From assembly GCA_964234715.1 (NCBI GenBank), contig OZ174281.1: a DNA stretch of 64,000 bases; one strand, given 5' to 3'. A model generated the notes under the pieces. The model saw nothing but the letters and a program-made list of their open reading frames with translations, ran no database searches and was not told the DNA's origin. Every line of letters begins with the position of its first letter. Position 1 is the first letter of the stretch. Source of the stretch: Podarcis melisellensis (Eukaryota). The position numbers were made by a program, and so were the translations under genes. Positions 62,180-64,000 of this stretch are shown here, in pieces.

Positions 62180-62789
62180 TGAAGGAATGGGTTTCCCAAA
62201 CCCAAAACTGACTGTGCAGGCATTTTTAAACTGCACCAAAATCCCCATTTCTCCTTAGCTAAAATGCATAAACTTTAGCCATTGAGCAAATGCACAGCTC
62301 TCTCCGTTATCAGTTTGACGGCAAGACTGGCCTTGACTTTACCAGTAGAACAGACACAGACATATCTTATGTTCTGACCACAAATGATGCAGAGACCCAA
62401 GTCTGGGACTAACGCCAGAGCATGTTCTCGGAAGTAGTGGCCTTTTGCTCCAAGATAGGAGTAGGAACAGGAATATTCTTTTATGGTCAGGAGTGCAGGA
62501 AGGAAATCCCTTTTATGGTTGAGAGTACCAGAGCAGGAACATATGTGATGTCAACCTGCATACATAGGCTGACGTGGTAGGAAGGAGGGAGAGGGTGCCT
62601 GGAGGATATAAATACTGCATGAAACTTGTCGTTTCTTTGTACTTGCTGTGGACTCACCACGCAGGTGCCTTCTGCTATCCGGAGAGCAGAATAAACTCTT
62701 TCTTTGAACCAACCTCGGTGTCATTTTGACTTCCTTCCTCCTGTCCCAGAGCAACGCAGACCCAATCGGTGAACTCCAATAAGGGTACA
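62180..62789 (+). mobile_element. Solo LTR (ERV1-like, 4-bp TSD)
   Basis: TG...CA ends, TSD TCAC, TATAAA at 62607, AATAAA at 62690, U3-like direct repeats (CTTTTATGGT). Confidence 0.8.
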
Positions 62790-62870
62790 TCACCTCTGTC
62801 TATATGCTTGTTGACACTCTCACGGGTGTCCAAAGATACATACATTAAAAGCATCTTATACCACTTTAAC

Positions 62871-64000
62871 CCCTTCATGGATCACTGCCTTGCCGTGGCG
62901 AAGGGGCTTGAAGAACTCAGAGAAGCTATGAACTATGCCGAGCAGGGCACCCAAGATGAACAGGTCATAGTGGAGAGTTTTGACCAAACGTGATCCACCT
63001 GGAGGAGGAACCGGCAAGCCACTCCAGTATCCCTGCCAAGAAAACTCCATGGACAAAGACAACAGGCATATAAAAGTTATGACGCTGGAAGATGAGCCCC
63101 TCAGGTCGGAAGGCGTCCAACATGCTACTGGGGAAGAGCGGAGGGCAAGTACAAGTAGATCCAGAGCTGATGAAGCGGCTGGGCCAAAGCCGAAAGGACG
63201 CTCAGTTGTGGATATGCCTGGAAGCGAAAGGAAAGTCCAATGCTGTAAAGAAAAATATTGCATAGGAACCTGGAATGTAAGAACCATGAACCTGGGTAAG
63301 TTGGAGGTGGTCAAAAATGAGATGGCAAGAATAAATATTGACATCCTGGGCATCAGTGAACTAAAATGGACGGGAATGGGTGAATTCAGTTCGGATGACC
63401 ATCATATCTACTACTGTGGGCAAGAAACCCGTAAAAGAAATGGAGTGGCCCTCATAGTCAACAAAAGAGTGGCGAAGGCTGTACTGGGATGCAATCTCAA
63501 AAATGATAGAATGATCTCGATACGAATCCAAGGCAGACCTTTTAACATCACAGTAATCCAAGTTTATGCACCAACTACTGGTGCTGAAGAAACTGAAATT
63601 GACCAATTCTATGAAGACTTACAACACCTTATAGAAGTGACACCAAAGAAGGATGTTCTTCTCATCATAGGGGATTGGAATGCTAAAGTAGGGAGTCAAG
63701 AGATAAAAGGAACAACTGGCAAGTTTGGCCTTGGAGATCAAAACGAAGCAGGGCAAAGGCTAATAGAGTTCTGTCAAGAGAACAAGCTGGTCATCACAAA
63801 CACGCTTTTCCAACAACACAAGAGACGACTCTACACATGGACATCACCAGATGGGCAGCATCGAAATCAGATTGATTATATTCTGTGCAGCCAAAGATGG
63901 AGAAGCTCTATACAGTCAGCAAAAATAAGACCTGGAGCTGACTGTGGCTCAGATCATCAGCTTCTTATAGCAAAATTCAAGCTTAAACTGAAGAAAGTAG
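62871..64000 (+). mobile_element. BovB (RTE) LINE, 5' end; continues beyond the window
   Basis: BovB 5' UTR (GGAGGAGGAACCGGCAAGCCACTCCAGTAT...) followed by the ORF. Confidence 0.95.
63049..64000 (+). CDS. BovB ORF, AP-endonuclease domain (partial, open to the window end)
   Basis: 317 codons with no stop: IGTWNVRTMN...DILGISELKW...IQVYAPT...IGDWNAKVG...NQIDYIL...DCGSDHQLL. Absent from the ORF track because no stop falls inside the window. Confidence 0.92.
   Translation, partial: MDKDNRHIKVMTLEDEPLRSEGVQHATGEERRASTSRSRADEAAGPKPKGRSVVDMPGSERKVQCCKEKYCIGTWNVRTMNLGKLEVVKNEMARINIDILGISELKWTGMGEFSSDDHHIYYCGQETRKRNGVALIVNKRVAKAVLGCNLKNDRMISIRIQGRPFNITVIQVYAPTTGAEETEIDQFYEDLQHLIEVTPKKDVLLIIGDWNAKVGSQEIKGTTGKFGLGDQNEAGQRLIEFCQENKLVITNTLFQQHKRRLYTWTSPDGQHRNQIDYILCSQRWRSSIQSAKIRPGADCGSDHQLLIAKFKLKLKKV

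Larger units (their letters stand above)
60538..62822 (-). mobile_element. Old CR1 LINE split by two LTR-type insertions
   Basis: 3' UTR at 60538; PHLECCVQF near 60960; RT sequence ESVNKHIDRGD|PVDIVYLDF rejoins across the 62180-62789 insert. Confidence 0.8.

Overview
Vertebrate (squamate reptile, most likely a lacertid lizard, judging from Sauria SINE, Squam3-type SINE and BovB content) genomic DNA lying inside the neuregulin-2 gene (NRG2, + strand). Two coding exons are recognisable: 52673-52844 and 60019-60137, together encoding the Ig-like domain. Everything else is intronic, presumably the long first intron up to 52672, then a 7.2-kb intron and the start of the next. The introns are dense with transposons: CR1, L2, L1, RTE/BovB, Penelope, tRNA-SINEs, hAT and Tc1/Tigger-type MITEs, and solo LTRs, many with visible target-site duplications (TSDs) and nesting. 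There is a 137-N assembly gap. Almost all ORFs in the supplied track are spurious or TE-derived, and the track misses both true exons and an uninterrupted BovB ORF at the right edge. I found no convincing wholly new biological system. The best leads are two candidate alternative 5' coding exons just upstream of the first Ig exon that splice in frame, a 58-bp-arm palindrome in the Ig-domain intron, inverted SINE/LINE pairs bracketing the first Ig exon, a sense-oriented LTR downstream of the Ig exons, and an apparently young BovB element. All alignments were done by eye; TE family names are from recognition, not database search.
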